A stretch of DNA of 64,000 nt from Desulfuromonadales bacterium (GCA_033549025.1 JAWSUS010000002.1:224001-288000), one strand, 5' to 3'; counted from the stretch's first letter, positions 50,748 through 59,607 are shown. Program-made: numbers and translations. The notes: generated by a model from the letters alone, not told the origin.

Positions 50748-50850
50748 CGGCCACAGACGGCCGTCCTCCCTGTCTGACGCAGGAAAGCATTGACTTTCCG
50801 CAAACACTGTGTTAACCAAGCAATCCAACGTAAAAGGAGAGCTTCACGTG

Positions 50851-50946
50851 ATGTTTTCCGGCAAAGGGCACAACATGGCAGCGGCGGCAGCCGCGGCGAA
50901 GGCGGCGGCAATCGGCCGCACCTGTGCCCATCTCTTTGCTGGCTGA
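50851..50946 (+). CDS. Ala-rich leader peptide (31 aa)
   Basis: AAGGAG RBS; MFSGKGHNMAAAAAAAKAAAIGRTCAHLFAG*; in-frame GTG at 50848 is an alternative start. Confidence 0.78.
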   Translation: MFSGKGHNMAAAAAAAKAAAIGRTCAHLFAG

Positions 50947-50972
50947 CCGCAAGCGGTCCTTGAAAAGCGAGC

Positions 50973-51010
50973 AGGCCATGGGCGCAGTCGTCCATGGCCT
51001 TTTCATATTT
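50973..51010 (+). terminator. Attenuator terminator in the 5' leader of the aminotransferase
   Basis: AGGCCATGGGCG-CAGT-CGTCCATGGCCT 12-bp stem followed by TTTCATATTT. Confidence 0.82.
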
Positions 51011-51062
51011 AGCTGATTTTTCGCCGCAGGGCGACGCCACTACCAAGACGGGGAGATAGGTT

Positions 51063-52373
51063 ATGCGCAACAATATTGTGCACATCGGCGCCGGAGAACT
51101 GACTTACGAGATCCGGGCTATTGTCGAGATTGCCGAGAAGCTGAACAAGCTCGGCATGAAAACGAACATGGAAAACATTGGCGATCCTATCGCCAAGGGT
51201 GAGAAAATCCCCGACTGGATGAAGAAGATCGTCGCCGATCTGGCCATGAAGGACTGCTCTTACGGCTACTGCCCGACCCGGGGCGTGCTGGAGACCCGTG
51301 AATTTCTGGCCGAGTTGACCAACAAGCGCGGCAAAACGCAGATCAGCGCCGACGACATCCTTTTTTTCAACGGCCTCGGCGACGCCATCCAGAAGGTCTA
51401 CGGCTTCCTGCGCCGCGAGGCCCGCGTCATCGGCCCCTCGCCGACCTACTCCACCCACTCCTCCGGCGAAGCGGCCCACGCCGGGCAAAAGCCGGTCTCC
51501 TACCGGCTTGATCCCGACAACAACTGGTACCCCGACCTGGACGATCTGCGCCTGTCGATCAAATACAATCCGGCCATCGCCGGCATCCTCATCATCAACC
51601 CCGACAACCCCACGGGCGCCGTCTACCCCGAGCGCATTCTCAAGGAGATGATCGCCATCGCCAAAGAGTATGACCTCTTCATCATCTGTGACGAGATCTA
51701 CCACAACATCGTCTACAACGGGCAGTCGACCAAGCCCATCTCCGACCTCATCGGCGACGTTCCCGCCATCGCCATGAAAGGGATCAGCAAGGAAGCACCC
51801 TGGCCGGGGGCACGCTGCGGCTGGATCGAGGTCTATAATGCCGACAAGGATCCCGTCTTCAAACAGTACGTGCAGAGCATCGTCAACTCCAAGATGGTCG
51901 AGGTCTGCTCCACCACGCTGCCGCAGAAGGCCATTCCGCCCATCCTGAGCCACCCCAAGTATCCGGCCTATCTCGAAGAGCGCAAGAGCCGTTACGAGAG
52001 ATACTCCAACATCGCCTACGACCTGCTCAAGGAAGTGCCCGGCATCAAGGTCAACCGTACCAACGGCGCTTTCTACATGAGCATCGTCTTTGAAAAGGGC
52101 CGACTCAACGACCGCCAGAGCCTGCCTATCGAAATTCAGGAAGTCAAAAACCTGGTGGAAGGCCTGGTCGACCAGCCCGGCGTCTCGCTGGATAAGCGCT
52201 TTGTCTATTACCTGCTGGCCTCCACGGGCATCTGCGTCGTCCCCATTTCCTCCTTCTGCACACCGGAAATGGGCTTCCGCATCACCCTGCTCGAACGCAA
52301 TGAAAAAGAATTCACCAGCATTTTCGAACGCATCGGCGCCAGCATTACCGCCTATCTTCAGTCCGCGCCCTAA
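51063..52373 (+). CDS. PLP-dependent class I/II aminotransferase, probably alanine aminotransferase (AlaA-like)
   Basis: YEIR, NIGDP, INPDNPTG, DEIY, GISK..PWPGARCGW; Ala-rich leader supports the substrate guess. Confidence 0.85.
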   Translation: MRNNIVHIGAGELTYEIRAIVEIAEKLNKLGMKTNMENIGDPIAKGEKIPDWMKKIVADLAMKDCSYGYCPTRGVLETREFLAELTNKRGKTQISADDILFFNGLGDAIQKVYGFLRREARVIGPSPTYSTHSSGEAAHAGQKPVSYRLDPDNNWYPDLDDLRLSIKYNPAIAGILIINPDNPTGAVYPERILKEMIAIAKEYDLFIICDEIYHNIVYNGQSTKPISDLIGDVPAIAMKGISKEAPWPGARCGWIEVYNADKDPVFKQYVQSIVNSKMVEVCSTTLPQKAIPPILSHPKYPAYLEERKSRYERYSNIAYDLLKEVPGIKVNRTNGAFYMSIVFEKGRLNDRQSLPIEIQEVKNLVEGLVDQPGVSLDKRFVYYLLASTGICVVPISSFCTPEMGFRITLLERNEKEFTSIFERIGASITAYLQSAP

Positions 52374-52378
52374 TGGAG

Positions 52379-52403
52379 AGCCGGCCCTCGGGCCGGCTTT
52401 TTC
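52379..52403 (+). terminator. Intrinsic terminator after the aminotransferase
   Basis: AGCCGGCCC-TC-GGGCCGGCT followed by TTTT. Confidence 0.75.
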
Positions 52404-52424
52404 GTCGCCGCTGAAAGGGAGTCC

Positions 52425-53783
52425 ATGACGACCTTCATCAAACCCAACCTGGAGCAGAGCATCGACTCTCGACAGGATCTCGTCGCCTACCTTTCCCGCG
52501 GTGCCAAGCCGCGGGAGAGCTGGGGCATCGGCGCCGAAATGGAAAAACTGGTGGTCGACGCCGAAACGGGCCAGGCCGCTTCCTATGACCGTATCAGGGC
52601 CCTGCTTGAATCGCTGCTGGCTGACGGCTCCTGGGTCGGCATTTACGAAGGTCCCCATCTCATCGCCCTGAAAGACGCCTCCTCCTCGGTGACCCTGGAG
52701 CCAGGCGGCCAGCTGGAACTCTCCGGCGCCCTCTGTGCGGACATCCATTGCTGCCAGCAGGGATTTTCCCGTCATATCGACGGCATCATCGGCGCCGGAC
52801 GCACCCTCGGGCTGCGTTTTCTCGGTCTGGGCGTACAGCCCTTCAGTCGCCTGGAAGAGATCGGCTGGGTTCCCAAGGCCCGCTACGATATCATGGGGCC
52901 CTACATGCAGCGCACGGGCGACATGGGGCCGCGCATGATGAAGCAGAGCGCCGGCCTGCAGGTCAACCTCGACTACAGCAGTGAGGCGGACTGTTTCCGC
53001 AAACTGCGTCTGGCCTTTCAGCTCTCCCCGCTCTTCTACGCCCTCTTCGCCAATTCCCCCCTTATGGACGGCAGGCCCAGCGGCTTCCTCTCCACCCGGG
53101 GCGAAATCTGGGCGCGCACCGATGCCGACCGCAGCGGCCTGGTCCCCCGCCTGCTCCTGCCGGGAGCCACCTTCGAGGACTACGCCGACTACGCCCTCGA
53201 GGTACCGATGTATTTCATCATTCGCGATGGGAAGTATGTCGATTTCACCCGGGAGCGCTTCAGCTTTCGTCGTTATCTCGAGGAAGGCTTCGGTCTCCAT
53301 CGTGCCACCCTGGGCGACTGGGATCTGCATCTCTCCACCCTCTTTCCCGAGGCGCGCCTGCGCCCGCAAATCGAGATCCGCACCGCCGACAGCCTTCCTT
53401 CCCGGACGACCCTGGCGGTGGCCGCCCTGGTCAAAGGGCTCTTTTACGATGACCAGGCCTTCGCTGACAGCCAGGCCCTCTTCGACAGGGTGGATTTCGA
53501 CACCCTTACCTCTGCCTACCGCCAGTCCTGGCGTCTCGGGCTGCAGACCCCCTTCGGCGCCGGCACCCTGCAGACCCTGGCCCGCGACATTCTGGCTATT
53601 GCCCGCGACAGCCTACAGCGACAAAAAGCTCTTGATGAAAGCGGTCAGGATGAAACCCTCTACCTGCGGGAAATCGACGAAATCGCCCTTACGGGCAAAA
53701 CCCTGGCCGAGCGCCTGCTCGCGCGCTGGCAGGGCTCTCCTGCCGACAAGCTGCACGCCCTCTATGACCATTGCGGCTTCTGA
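52425..53783 (+). CDS. gshA: Glutamate--cysteine ligase (GCS2 / plant-like type)
   Basis: IGAEMEK, TLEPGGQLELSG, LQVNLD, ALFANSP, HLSTLFPEARL, IEIR. Confidence 0.92.
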   Translation: MTTFIKPNLEQSIDSRQDLVAYLSRGAKPRESWGIGAEMEKLVVDAETGQAASYDRIRALLESLLADGSWVGIYEGPHLIALKDASSSVTLEPGGQLELSGALCADIHCCQQGFSRHIDGIIGAGRTLGLRFLGLGVQPFSRLEEIGWVPKARYDIMGPYMQRTGDMGPRMMKQSAGLQVNLDYSSEADCFRKLRLAFQLSPLFYALFANSPLMDGRPSGFLSTRGEIWARTDADRSGLVPRLLLPGATFEDYADYALEVPMYFIIRDGKYVDFTRERFSFRRYLEEGFGLHRATLGDWDLHLSTLFPEARLRPQIEIRTADSLPSRTTLAVAALVKGLFYDDQAFADSQALFDRVDFDTLTSAYRQSWRLGLQTPFGAGTLQTLARDILAIARDSLQRQKALDESGQDETLYLREIDEIALTGKTLAERLLARWQGSPADKLHALYDHCGF

Positions 53784-53888
53784 CCCGGCCGCCCGACTGT
53801 CCAAGTGCACAGTCCGCTCCTGTTTCCCTGCAAGCCCATCTTTACGCATCGACACGTAGGCATCCCTGGTTAGAAGGGATAGAGTCAG

Positions 53889-54010
53889 AACCATCAAAGG
53901 CTTGTTGTGGCAGGCGAGCCGGCGATACAAACCTCCTTTCGTTACCTCTGTTGGTTATCGGGCCGGTCAAAAGGGATGCCTCCCCCACTTGACCGGCCCG
54001 AAATCTTTTC
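53889..54010 (+). ncRNA. Putative sRNA copy 1
   Basis: -10 TAGAGT at 53880; 5' hairpin; ACCTCCTTTC at 53931; 13-bp terminator stem plus TCTTTTC. Confidence 0.65.
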
Positions 54011-54128
54011 AGCTCCACCTGCGGCGATCGCCCCGACTGCGCAAAAGCACAGTTCACCAGCGTGGCTTCTTGTCCCAAGGTTTACGCAATGGCACGTGGA
54101 AAAGCGTGACGCCACCCGGTATAGTCAT

Positions 54129-54250
54129 AACCATCAAAGGCTTGTTGTGGCAGGCGAGCTGGCGATACAAACCTCCTTTCGTTATCTCTGTTGGTTATCG
54201 GGCCGGTCAAAAGGGATGCCTCCCCCACTTGACCGGCCCGAAATCTTTTC
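54129..54250 (+). ncRNA. Putative sRNA copy 2
   Basis: -10 TATAGT at 54120; nearly identical to copy 1. Confidence 0.65.
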
Positions 54251-54369
54251 AGCCGCCCTCGCGGCGCTTCCCCCCCACTGCACAAAAGCACAGTTCAGCT
54301 GCGTGGCTCCTTATCCCAAGGTTTACGCAATGGCACGTGGAAAAGCGTGACGCCACCCGGTATAGTCAT

Positions 54370-54488
54370 AACCATCAAAGGCTTGTTGTGGCAGGCGAGC
54401 TGGCGATAACTTCTTCATTGAAAACCTCCCGAACGCTCAAGGCCGAATGCAGGGATGCCTCCCCCTGAATTCGGCCTTGCGTCTTTTC
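54370..54488 (+). ncRNA. Putative sRNA copy 3 (diverged 3' half)
   Basis: -10 TATAGT at 54361; same 5' part; AAACCTCC retained; different terminator stem with the same GGGATGCCTCCCC loop. Confidence 0.62.
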
Positions 54489-54533
54489 AGGCTCTGAAAT
54501 TTGCGGCCATCCGAGTTTTCGCTGGCAGATCCC

Positions 54534-54562
54534 TTGAAAACGGGGTGCTTTCCTGCTTCAAT
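54534..54562 (+). promoter_or_regulatory. Putative sigma-70 promoter (native tkt promoter, now upstream of the omegaRNA)
   Basis: TTGAAA-17bp-TTCAAT with TGn extension. Confidence 0.5.
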
Positions 54563-54594
54563 GGAGCAGAACCCGCACCCCGCAAGGAGACGCC

Positions 54595-54860
54595 GTCAAT
54601 CACCCCTGACTGAAGTCAGAGGCTTGTAACAACAAGTCTGGATTGACCAGGCACAGCCACCAGCGAGAGGTCGCTGACGGGGCTACGTTGGAAACGAAAT
54701 AGGCACCTGGAATGCCCTCCCAGTTCCAGGCTCTGCGGTAGCCGGTTAAAAGACGTTCAGGGTAAAGCGTCAGTGCCGTCTACGTTAAACCGTTTCACAA
54801 CCTTGCCGAGGGAGACTTTACCGCCGCAAGGCGAGAAAGCCGGGATAACCCGGTACTTAA
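54595..54860 (+). ncRNA. omegaRNA (HEARO-type) scaffold
   Basis: GTCAA...TTGACCAG, CTACGTT, ATAGGCACC, ATGC..CCCAGT..CTCTGCGG, TTGCCGAGG blocks directly upstream of iscB; 3' boundary approximate. Confidence 0.85.
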
Positions 54861-56229
54861 AAGGTACAACGATGCAGAGAGTCTTTGTACTCGACAATAC
54901 CAAACAACCCCTTTCCCCTTGCTCGCCGGCACGGGCCAGAATGCTCCTGCGAAACGGAAAGGCGGCGGTGTATCGCCGCTACCCGTTCACTATTATTTTG
55001 AAGCACCGCACCGGCGGGGATGTGCAATCGGTCGAACTCAAGCTCGATCCGGGCGGCAAGACCACCGGTGTTGCCCTGGTAGGCAACCACGACTCCGCCA
55101 ATACCGTTCTCTGGTGCGCGGAAGTGCACCACCGAGGCGCAGCCATCAAAAAAGCCCTCGAAAGCCGTCGGGCGATCCGGCGTTCACGGCGTCATCGCAA
55201 GACCCGCTACCGTGCGCCCCGGTTCGATAACCGGACTCGGCCACAAGGCTGGTTGCCACCGTCACTGCAGTCCAGAGTCAACAACGTCCTGACGCTGGCA
55301 AAGCGGCTGCAACGACTCTGCCCGATCACCAGCGTTGCGGTCGAAACGGTGAGGTTTGATTTGCAGAAAGCCGAGAACCCGGAGATTAGTGGCGTGGAAT
55401 ACCAGCAAGGGACGCTATTTGGTTACGAGGTTCGCGAGTATCTGTTGGAAAAATGGCAACGGCGTTGTGCTTATTGTGGGGACGAGAATGTGCCGCTGGA
55501 GATCGAGCATGTCGTTCCCAGAAGCAAAGGTGGCTCCAACCGGATCAGTAATCTTACCCTGTCGTGTCGGGACTGCAACGAACGCAAAGGCAATCGGCCC
55601 GTGCAGGAATTTCTGGCTGACTGGCCGGAACAGCTCCAAAAGATCCTTGGTCAATTAAAGCGACCGCTCAATGATTCCGCTGCCGTCAACGCCACCCGCT
55701 ACGCCATCGGCCATGCGGTTAAAACGCTGGGGCTACCCGTCTCTTTCTGGTCTGGCGGTCGGACCAAGTACAACCGCACTGGGCTGCACTATCCCAAGGC
55801 CCACTGGATTGACGCGGCATGTGTGGGTGAGTCTGGAGATACCGTGCGATTGAAACCCGACCAGGCCCCTTTATCCATCACCGCCACGGGACGGGGCAGC
55901 CGTCAGATGTGCCGTATGGATCGCTTCGGCTTCCCCCGCACCAGCGCCAAGAGTGCTCGCTTCGTGCAGGGGTTTCGCACAGGTGACCAGGTTAAAGCCG
56001 TCGTTCCCTCCGGCAAAAGAGCCGGTCTGCACTTGGGCCGTGTCGCCGTTAGAACCAGCGGCAGATTCAATATCGCGACGGCCTCCGGAACGATCCAGGG
56101 CATATCTTACCGGCACTGCCGGATCGTGCATCAGGCTGACGGCTACACCTATCAACCAAAGCCTTCCGTCTCACGACGGATCGCAATTCCTCCCCCGGTT
56201 GAAACCGGAGGTCTCCTTGTGAGGTTTCT
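54595..56229 (+). mobile_element. Non-autonomous IS200/IS605-superfamily element carrying omegaRNA and iscB (no tnpA)
   Basis: Begins GTCAATCACCCC with hairpin TGAC-TGAA-GTCA; ends with TTCCTCCC-CCGGT-TGAA-ACCGG-AGGTCTCC hairpin; lower GC than neighbours by eye. Confidence 0.88.
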
Positions 56230-56233
56230 ATGA
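54872..56233 (+). CDS. iscB: RNA-guided endonuclease IscB
   Basis: VFVLD...PLSP (PLMP domain), RuvC-I DPG, Arg-rich bridge helix, Ruv[37 protein letters not shown], RuvC-III HWIDA. Confidence 0.95.
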   Translation: MQRVFVLDNTKQPLSPCSPARARMLLRNGKAAVYRRYPFTIILKHRTGGDVQSVELKLDPGGKTTGVALVGNHDSANTVLWCAEVHHRGAAIKKALESRRAIRRSRRHRKTRYRAPRFDNRTRPQGWLPPSLQSRVNNVLTLAKRLQRLCPITSVAVETVRFDLQKAENPEISGVEYQQGTLFGYEVREYLLEKWQRRCAYCGDENVPLEIEHVVPRSKGGSNRISNLTLSCRDCNERKGNRPVQEFLADWPEQLQKILGQLKRPLNDSAAVNATRYAIGHAVKTLGLPVSFWSGGRTKYNRTGLHYPKAHWIDAACVGESGDTVRLKPDQAPLSITATGRGSRQMCRMDRFGFPRTSAKSARFVQGFRTGDQVKAVVPSGKRAGLHLGRVAVRTSGRFNIATASGTIQGISYRHCRIVHQADGYTYQPKPSVSRRIAIPPPVETGGLLVRFL

Positions 56234-58221
56234 AAAACCCCGACTTTAAAAATCCCGTCGTCCAGGCCTCCATCGATACCCTGCGCCTGCTGTCGGCGGA
56301 TATGGTGGAACGGGCCAACTCCGGCCATCCGGGAACCCCCATGGAGGCGGCGCCGCTGGCCTATCTCCTCTTTCAGCGCCACCTGCGCCACAACCCCGCG
56401 AATCCGGCCTGGCCGGGCCGCGACCGTTTCATCCTCTCTTGCGGACATGCTTCGGCCCTGCTCTACAGTCTGCTGCACCTGAGCGGCTACGACCTTTCCC
56501 TCGATGACCTCAAAAACTTCCGCCAGCTCGACAGCCGTACTCCCGGTCATCCCGAGTTCGGCCACACCCCGGGCGTCGAGACGACCACCGGGCCGCTAGG
56601 GCAGGGCTTCGCCGTCGGCGTCGGCATGGCCATGGGCGCTCGCCATCTCGCCGAAAGGATCGACGCCCGCCTCTTCGACACCCGCGTCTACACCCTCTGC
56701 TCCGACGGCGACCTCATGGAAGGGGTGGCGTCCGAGGCGGCGTCCCTGGCCGGGCATCTGCGCCTGGGCAACCTCATCTCTCTCTACCTCGACAACCGCA
56801 TCACCATCGAGGGGGAAACCGACCTGGCTTTCAGCGAAGAGGTCGCCACGCGTTTTCTCGCCTACGGCTGGCAGGTCCTACGGGTGGAAGGGGAAAATCT
56901 GGCGGAAATCGACGCAGCCATCGAGGCGGCCAAGAACGAACCGCGCCCGTCCCTCATCATCGCCCGCACCCATATCGGCTTCGGCGCTCCCACCAAGCAG
57001 GACACCGCCGACGCCCACGGCGCCCCCCTCGGCGCCGACGAACTGGCGCAGACCAAGCGGGCCTTCGGCCGCAAGCCCGACGAGCACTTTGGCATCCCCG
57101 CCAGTGTGCGCCAGCACATGGGTCAGGCCGTTCGCCGCGGCCGCGCCCTGGAGCGCCAGTGGACGCGCCGCTTCGACCGCCTGAACCAGTCCCTGCATTC
57201 CCCCCTGACGGCCTGGCTGCAGAGCCGCGGAGGCGGCCTGCCCGATGGCTGGGGGGAGGAGCTGCCGACTTTTGATCCCGCCGACGGCCCCATGGCCACC
57301 CGCAAGGCGAGCGGTATCGTCCTCAACGCCATGGCCGCCCGGCTCCCTCTGCTGTTGGGCGGCTCGGCCGACCTGGCCCCTTCCAACAACACCGAACTCA
57401 AGGGTGAAGCCGCCTTTCGTCCCGGCCACAGCGGCCGCAATATTCACTTCGGCGTCCGGGAGCACGCCATGGGCGCCATCCTCAACGGCCTATCCCACAC
57501 CGACGGCCTCATCCCCTTCGGCGGCACCTTTCTCATCTTCTCCGAATACATGCGCCCGCCCATGCGGCTGGCCGCCATGATGGGGCTGGCCCCCGTCTAC
57601 GTCTTTACCCACGATTCCATCGGCCTTGGCGAAGACGGCCCCACCCACCAGCCGGTGGAACAGCTTGCCGCCCTGCGCGCCGTGCCCAATCTCCGGGTCA
57701 TCCGTCCCGGCGACGCCAACGAAACGGCAGTCGCCTGGCACGAGGCCATCGCGCACCGAAGCGGTCCCACCGCCCTCATCCTCTCCCGCCAGAACCTGCC
57801 CATTCTGGACCGCAGCACACTCGCCTCAGCCGAGGGTCTGCGGCGCGGCGGCTATGTGCTGGCCCGGGAAGACAGCGACCTGGACATCCTGCTGCTGGCC
57901 AGCGGCTCGGAAGTCCCTCTCGCCCTGCAGGCCCGCGATATCCTGCAGCAGCAGGGGAAGGGGACCCGGGTCGTTTCTCTGCCCTGCTGGGAGCTCTTCG
58001 AGGCCCAGGATGAAACCTACCGCCGGCAGGTGCTGCCGCCTTCCTGTCAGCGGCGTCTCGCCGTGGAAGCAGCCAGCCCCTTCGGCTGGGAGCGCTACGT
58101 CGGCCTGCAGGGTGCCGTCATCGGCCTCGACGGCTACGGCGCCAGCGCCCCGGCTGACCAGCTTTTTGAGCGCTTCGGCTTCACGGCGGCCCAAATCGCC
58201 GCCCGCGCCCTGGCCCTGTAA
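56230..58221 (+). CDS. tkt: Transketolase
   Basis: [46 protein letters not shown]. Confidence 0.97.
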   Translation: MKNPDFKNPVVQASIDTLRLLSADMVERANSGHPGTPMEAAPLAYLLFQRHLRHNPANPAWPGRDRFILSCGHASALLYSLLHLSGYDLSLDDLKNFRQLDSRTPGHPEFGHTPGVETTTGPLGQGFAVGVGMAMGARHLAERIDARLFDTRVYTLCSDGDLMEGVASEAASLAGHLRLGNLISLYLDNRITIEGETDLAFSEEVATRFLAYGWQVLRVEGENLAEIDAAIEAAKNEPRPSLIIARTHIGFGAPTKQDTADAHGAPLGADELAQTKRAFGRKPDEHFGIPASVRQHMGQAVRRGRALERQWTRRFDRLNQSLHSPLTAWLQSRGGGLPDGWGEELPTFDPADGPMATRKASGIVLNAMAARLPLLLGGSADLAPSNNTELKGEAAFRPGHSGRNIHFGVREHAMGAILNGLSHTDGLIPFGGTFLIFSEYMRPPMRLAAMMGLAPVYVFTHDSIGLGEDGPTHQPVEQLAALRAVPNLRVIRPGDANETAVAWHEAIAHRSGPTALILSRQNLPILDRSTLASAEGLRRGGYVLAREDSDLDILLLASGSEVPLALQARDILQQQGKGTRVVSLPCWELFEAQDETYRRQVLPPSCQRRLAVEAASPFGWERYVGLQGAVIGLDGYGASAPADQLFERFGFTAAQIAARALAL

Positions 58222-58245
58222 ACCTTTTCGCGGCGACAGCGTCTA
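58218..58245 (+). promoter_or_regulatory. Putative ECF-type autoregulatory promoter
   Basis: GTAAAC-N16-CGTCTA upstream of the ECF sigma gene. Confidence 0.55.
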
Positions 58246-58338
58246 ATGAAACAAAATCACCGTGGCTGCAGCCGCCGGTCTTTAAACGACGAGCGCCGCC
58301 GCGTTGACAGTTGAAGACCCTGGGGATACTCTCTGCGC

Positions 58339-58926
58339 ATGGATGAAGGTACGGAAAAAATTCTCCTCGAGCAGATACGCCAGGGCAATGATCGCGCTTT
58401 TGAACAGCTGGTTCAGGGCCATGCCGCGCAGATACTGTCCCTGGCCACCCGTCTCATCGGTGACCGCGACGAGGCCGAGGATATTGCCCAGGAAGCCTTC
58501 CTGCGATTGCACCGCTCGCTGGGAACCTTTCGCGGCGACAGCAAAATATCGACCTGGCTCTACCGCACCGTCAGCCGCCTGGCCATCGACCACCTGCGAA
58601 GGGAGCAGAGGCGACGGAAGCTGTTCTTTTTCCGTAAAAGCGACGACGAAGAGCAGCCCGATCCGGTTGAAAGCGCCGCGGCACCCGATCCTTCGCCACG
58701 GGAGGCGCTGCTGGCGCAAGAGACGCAGCGACGCCTCAACACCGTGCTGAAAAAACTCTCGCCCCGTCAGCGGGCCGTCTTCATCCTGCGTCACCAGGAG
58801 GAGCTGCCGCTGAAGGAGATTGCCCGGATACTTGAATTGGAAGAGGGAACGGTCAAGGCCCATCTGCACCGCGCCGTCACCGTCCTGCGCCACGAACTGC
58901 ACGATCTGAAGGAAGGTTCGCCATGA
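58339..58926 (+). CDS. ECF sigma-70 factor
   Basis: AEDIAQEAF, STWLYR, LSPRQRAVF, GTVKAHLHRA. Confidence 0.93.
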   Translation: MDEGTEKILLEQIRQGNDRAFEQLVQGHAAQILSLATRLIGDRDEAEDIAQEAFLRLHRSLGTFRGDSKISTWLYRTVSRLAIDHLRREQRRRKLFFFRKSDDEEQPDPVESAAAPDPSPREALLAQETQRRLNTVLKKLSPRQRAVFILRHQEELPLKEIARILELEEGTVKAHLHRAVTVLRHELHDLKEGSP

Positions 58927-59393
58927 CCAGAGACGACACAGGGCGCTGCCCGGAAGAGGAACTCACCCTCTATTATTATGGGGAGCTGGAACCGGCCGAG
59001 CGCGGCGCCATCGACAAACACCTGGAAGGCTGTGCCGCCTGTCGCCAGCAGCTGGCCGCCCTGGAACCGCTGCTTGGCGCGCTGCCGAAGCCGGTCATCG
59101 AACTGAGTACCGAAGAAAAACAACGCTTCAGCGCCCAGGTCATGGAATGCCTCGACCGGCGGCAAAAGCGGCGCTTTTTACCCCTCTTCGGCGGCGGCCT
59201 CGCCACGGCGGCGGCCGTGCTCCTGCTCCTGCTCAATACCGGCTCGCCCCCCGATTTGGCCCCACCGGCCGGCAGCAACGGCCTGGTCGCCGAATTGGAG
59301 GGACTGCCGGAGATGGAGCTTCTGCGCAACCTGGAGATTCTGGAGGAATTCGAGCTGCTGCAGGAACTGGGGGACATGAATGACCATGCCTGA
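58923..59393 (+). CDS. Zinc-finger (zf-HC2) anti-sigma factor
   Basis: HLEGCAAC, single TM, coupled to the sigma gene. Confidence 0.88.
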   Translation: MTRDDTGRCPEEELTLYYYGELEPAERGAIDKHLEGCAACRQQLAALEPLLGALPKPVIELSTEEKQRFSAQVMECLDRRQKRRFLPLFGGGLATAAAVLLLLLNTGSPPDLAPPAGSNGLVAELEGLPEMELLRNLEILEEFELLQELGDMNDHA

Positions 59394-59607
59394 ACGGACG
59401 CTCACTTTTCTTCTGCTGCTGGCGTCCCTGCTGCTCTTCCCCGGCGCCTTGCCGGCGGCAGAGACCGTTACCAGAGATAAAAAGCCGGCCGAGGAAGAAC
59501 CTCTGAACGCTACGGATCGTGATATCGTCGAGATGCTTGAGCTACTGCAAATGCTCGAACTGCTACAGAATATGGAAGTGCTGGCCATGGTGGAGGAGAG
59601 CGAATGA
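59380..59607 (+). CDS. Small exported hypothetical protein
   Basis: Signal peptide, acidic EMLELL repeats; overlaps both neighbours. Confidence 0.65.
   Translation: MTMPERTLTFLLLLASLLLFPGALPAAETVTRDKKPAEEEPLNATDRDIVEMLELLQMLELLQNMEVLAMVEESE

Larger units (their letters stand above)
53796..54488 (+). repeat. Tandem array of three ~240-bp units (period 240/241 bp)
   Basis: AACCATCAAAGGCTTGTTGTGGCAGGCGAGCYGGCGATA at 53889, 54129 and 54370; other motifs recur at identical offsets. Confidence 0.95.

Noticed and set aside
50878..50910. GCG-rich tract as a simple microsatellite
   Set aside because: Third positions vary (GCA/GCG/GCC) while Ala coding is kept, and it sits in an RBS-led ORF tied to a terminator, so coding selection fits better.
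53613..53930. Minus-strand ORF after GAAAGGAGG as a type I toxin
   Set aside because: The SD abuts the TTG (about 1 nt), the reading frames differ in length between copies, there is no conserved hydrophobic peptide, and promoter/terminator polarity favours a plus-strand RNA. Not fully excluded.
54090..54106. Sigma-54 promoter TGGCACGTGGAAAAGC in repeat units 2 and 3
   Set aside because: GG-to-GC spacing is 11 rather than 10, and the GG is absent in copy 1.
53796..54488. CRISPR array or multi-guide omegaRNA array next to iscB
   Set aside because: Units are ~240 bp with near-identical inter-repeat sequence, no unique spacers, no cas genes, and no resemblance to the omegaRNA scaffold; they lie outside the IS ends, so adjacency is probably incidental.
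54872..56233. Cas9 or simple HNH endonuclease
   Set aside because: About 453 aa with a PLMP-type N-terminus, no REC lobe and an upstream HEARO-like RNA identifies IscB; the track's longer start at 54773 lies inside the omegaRNA.
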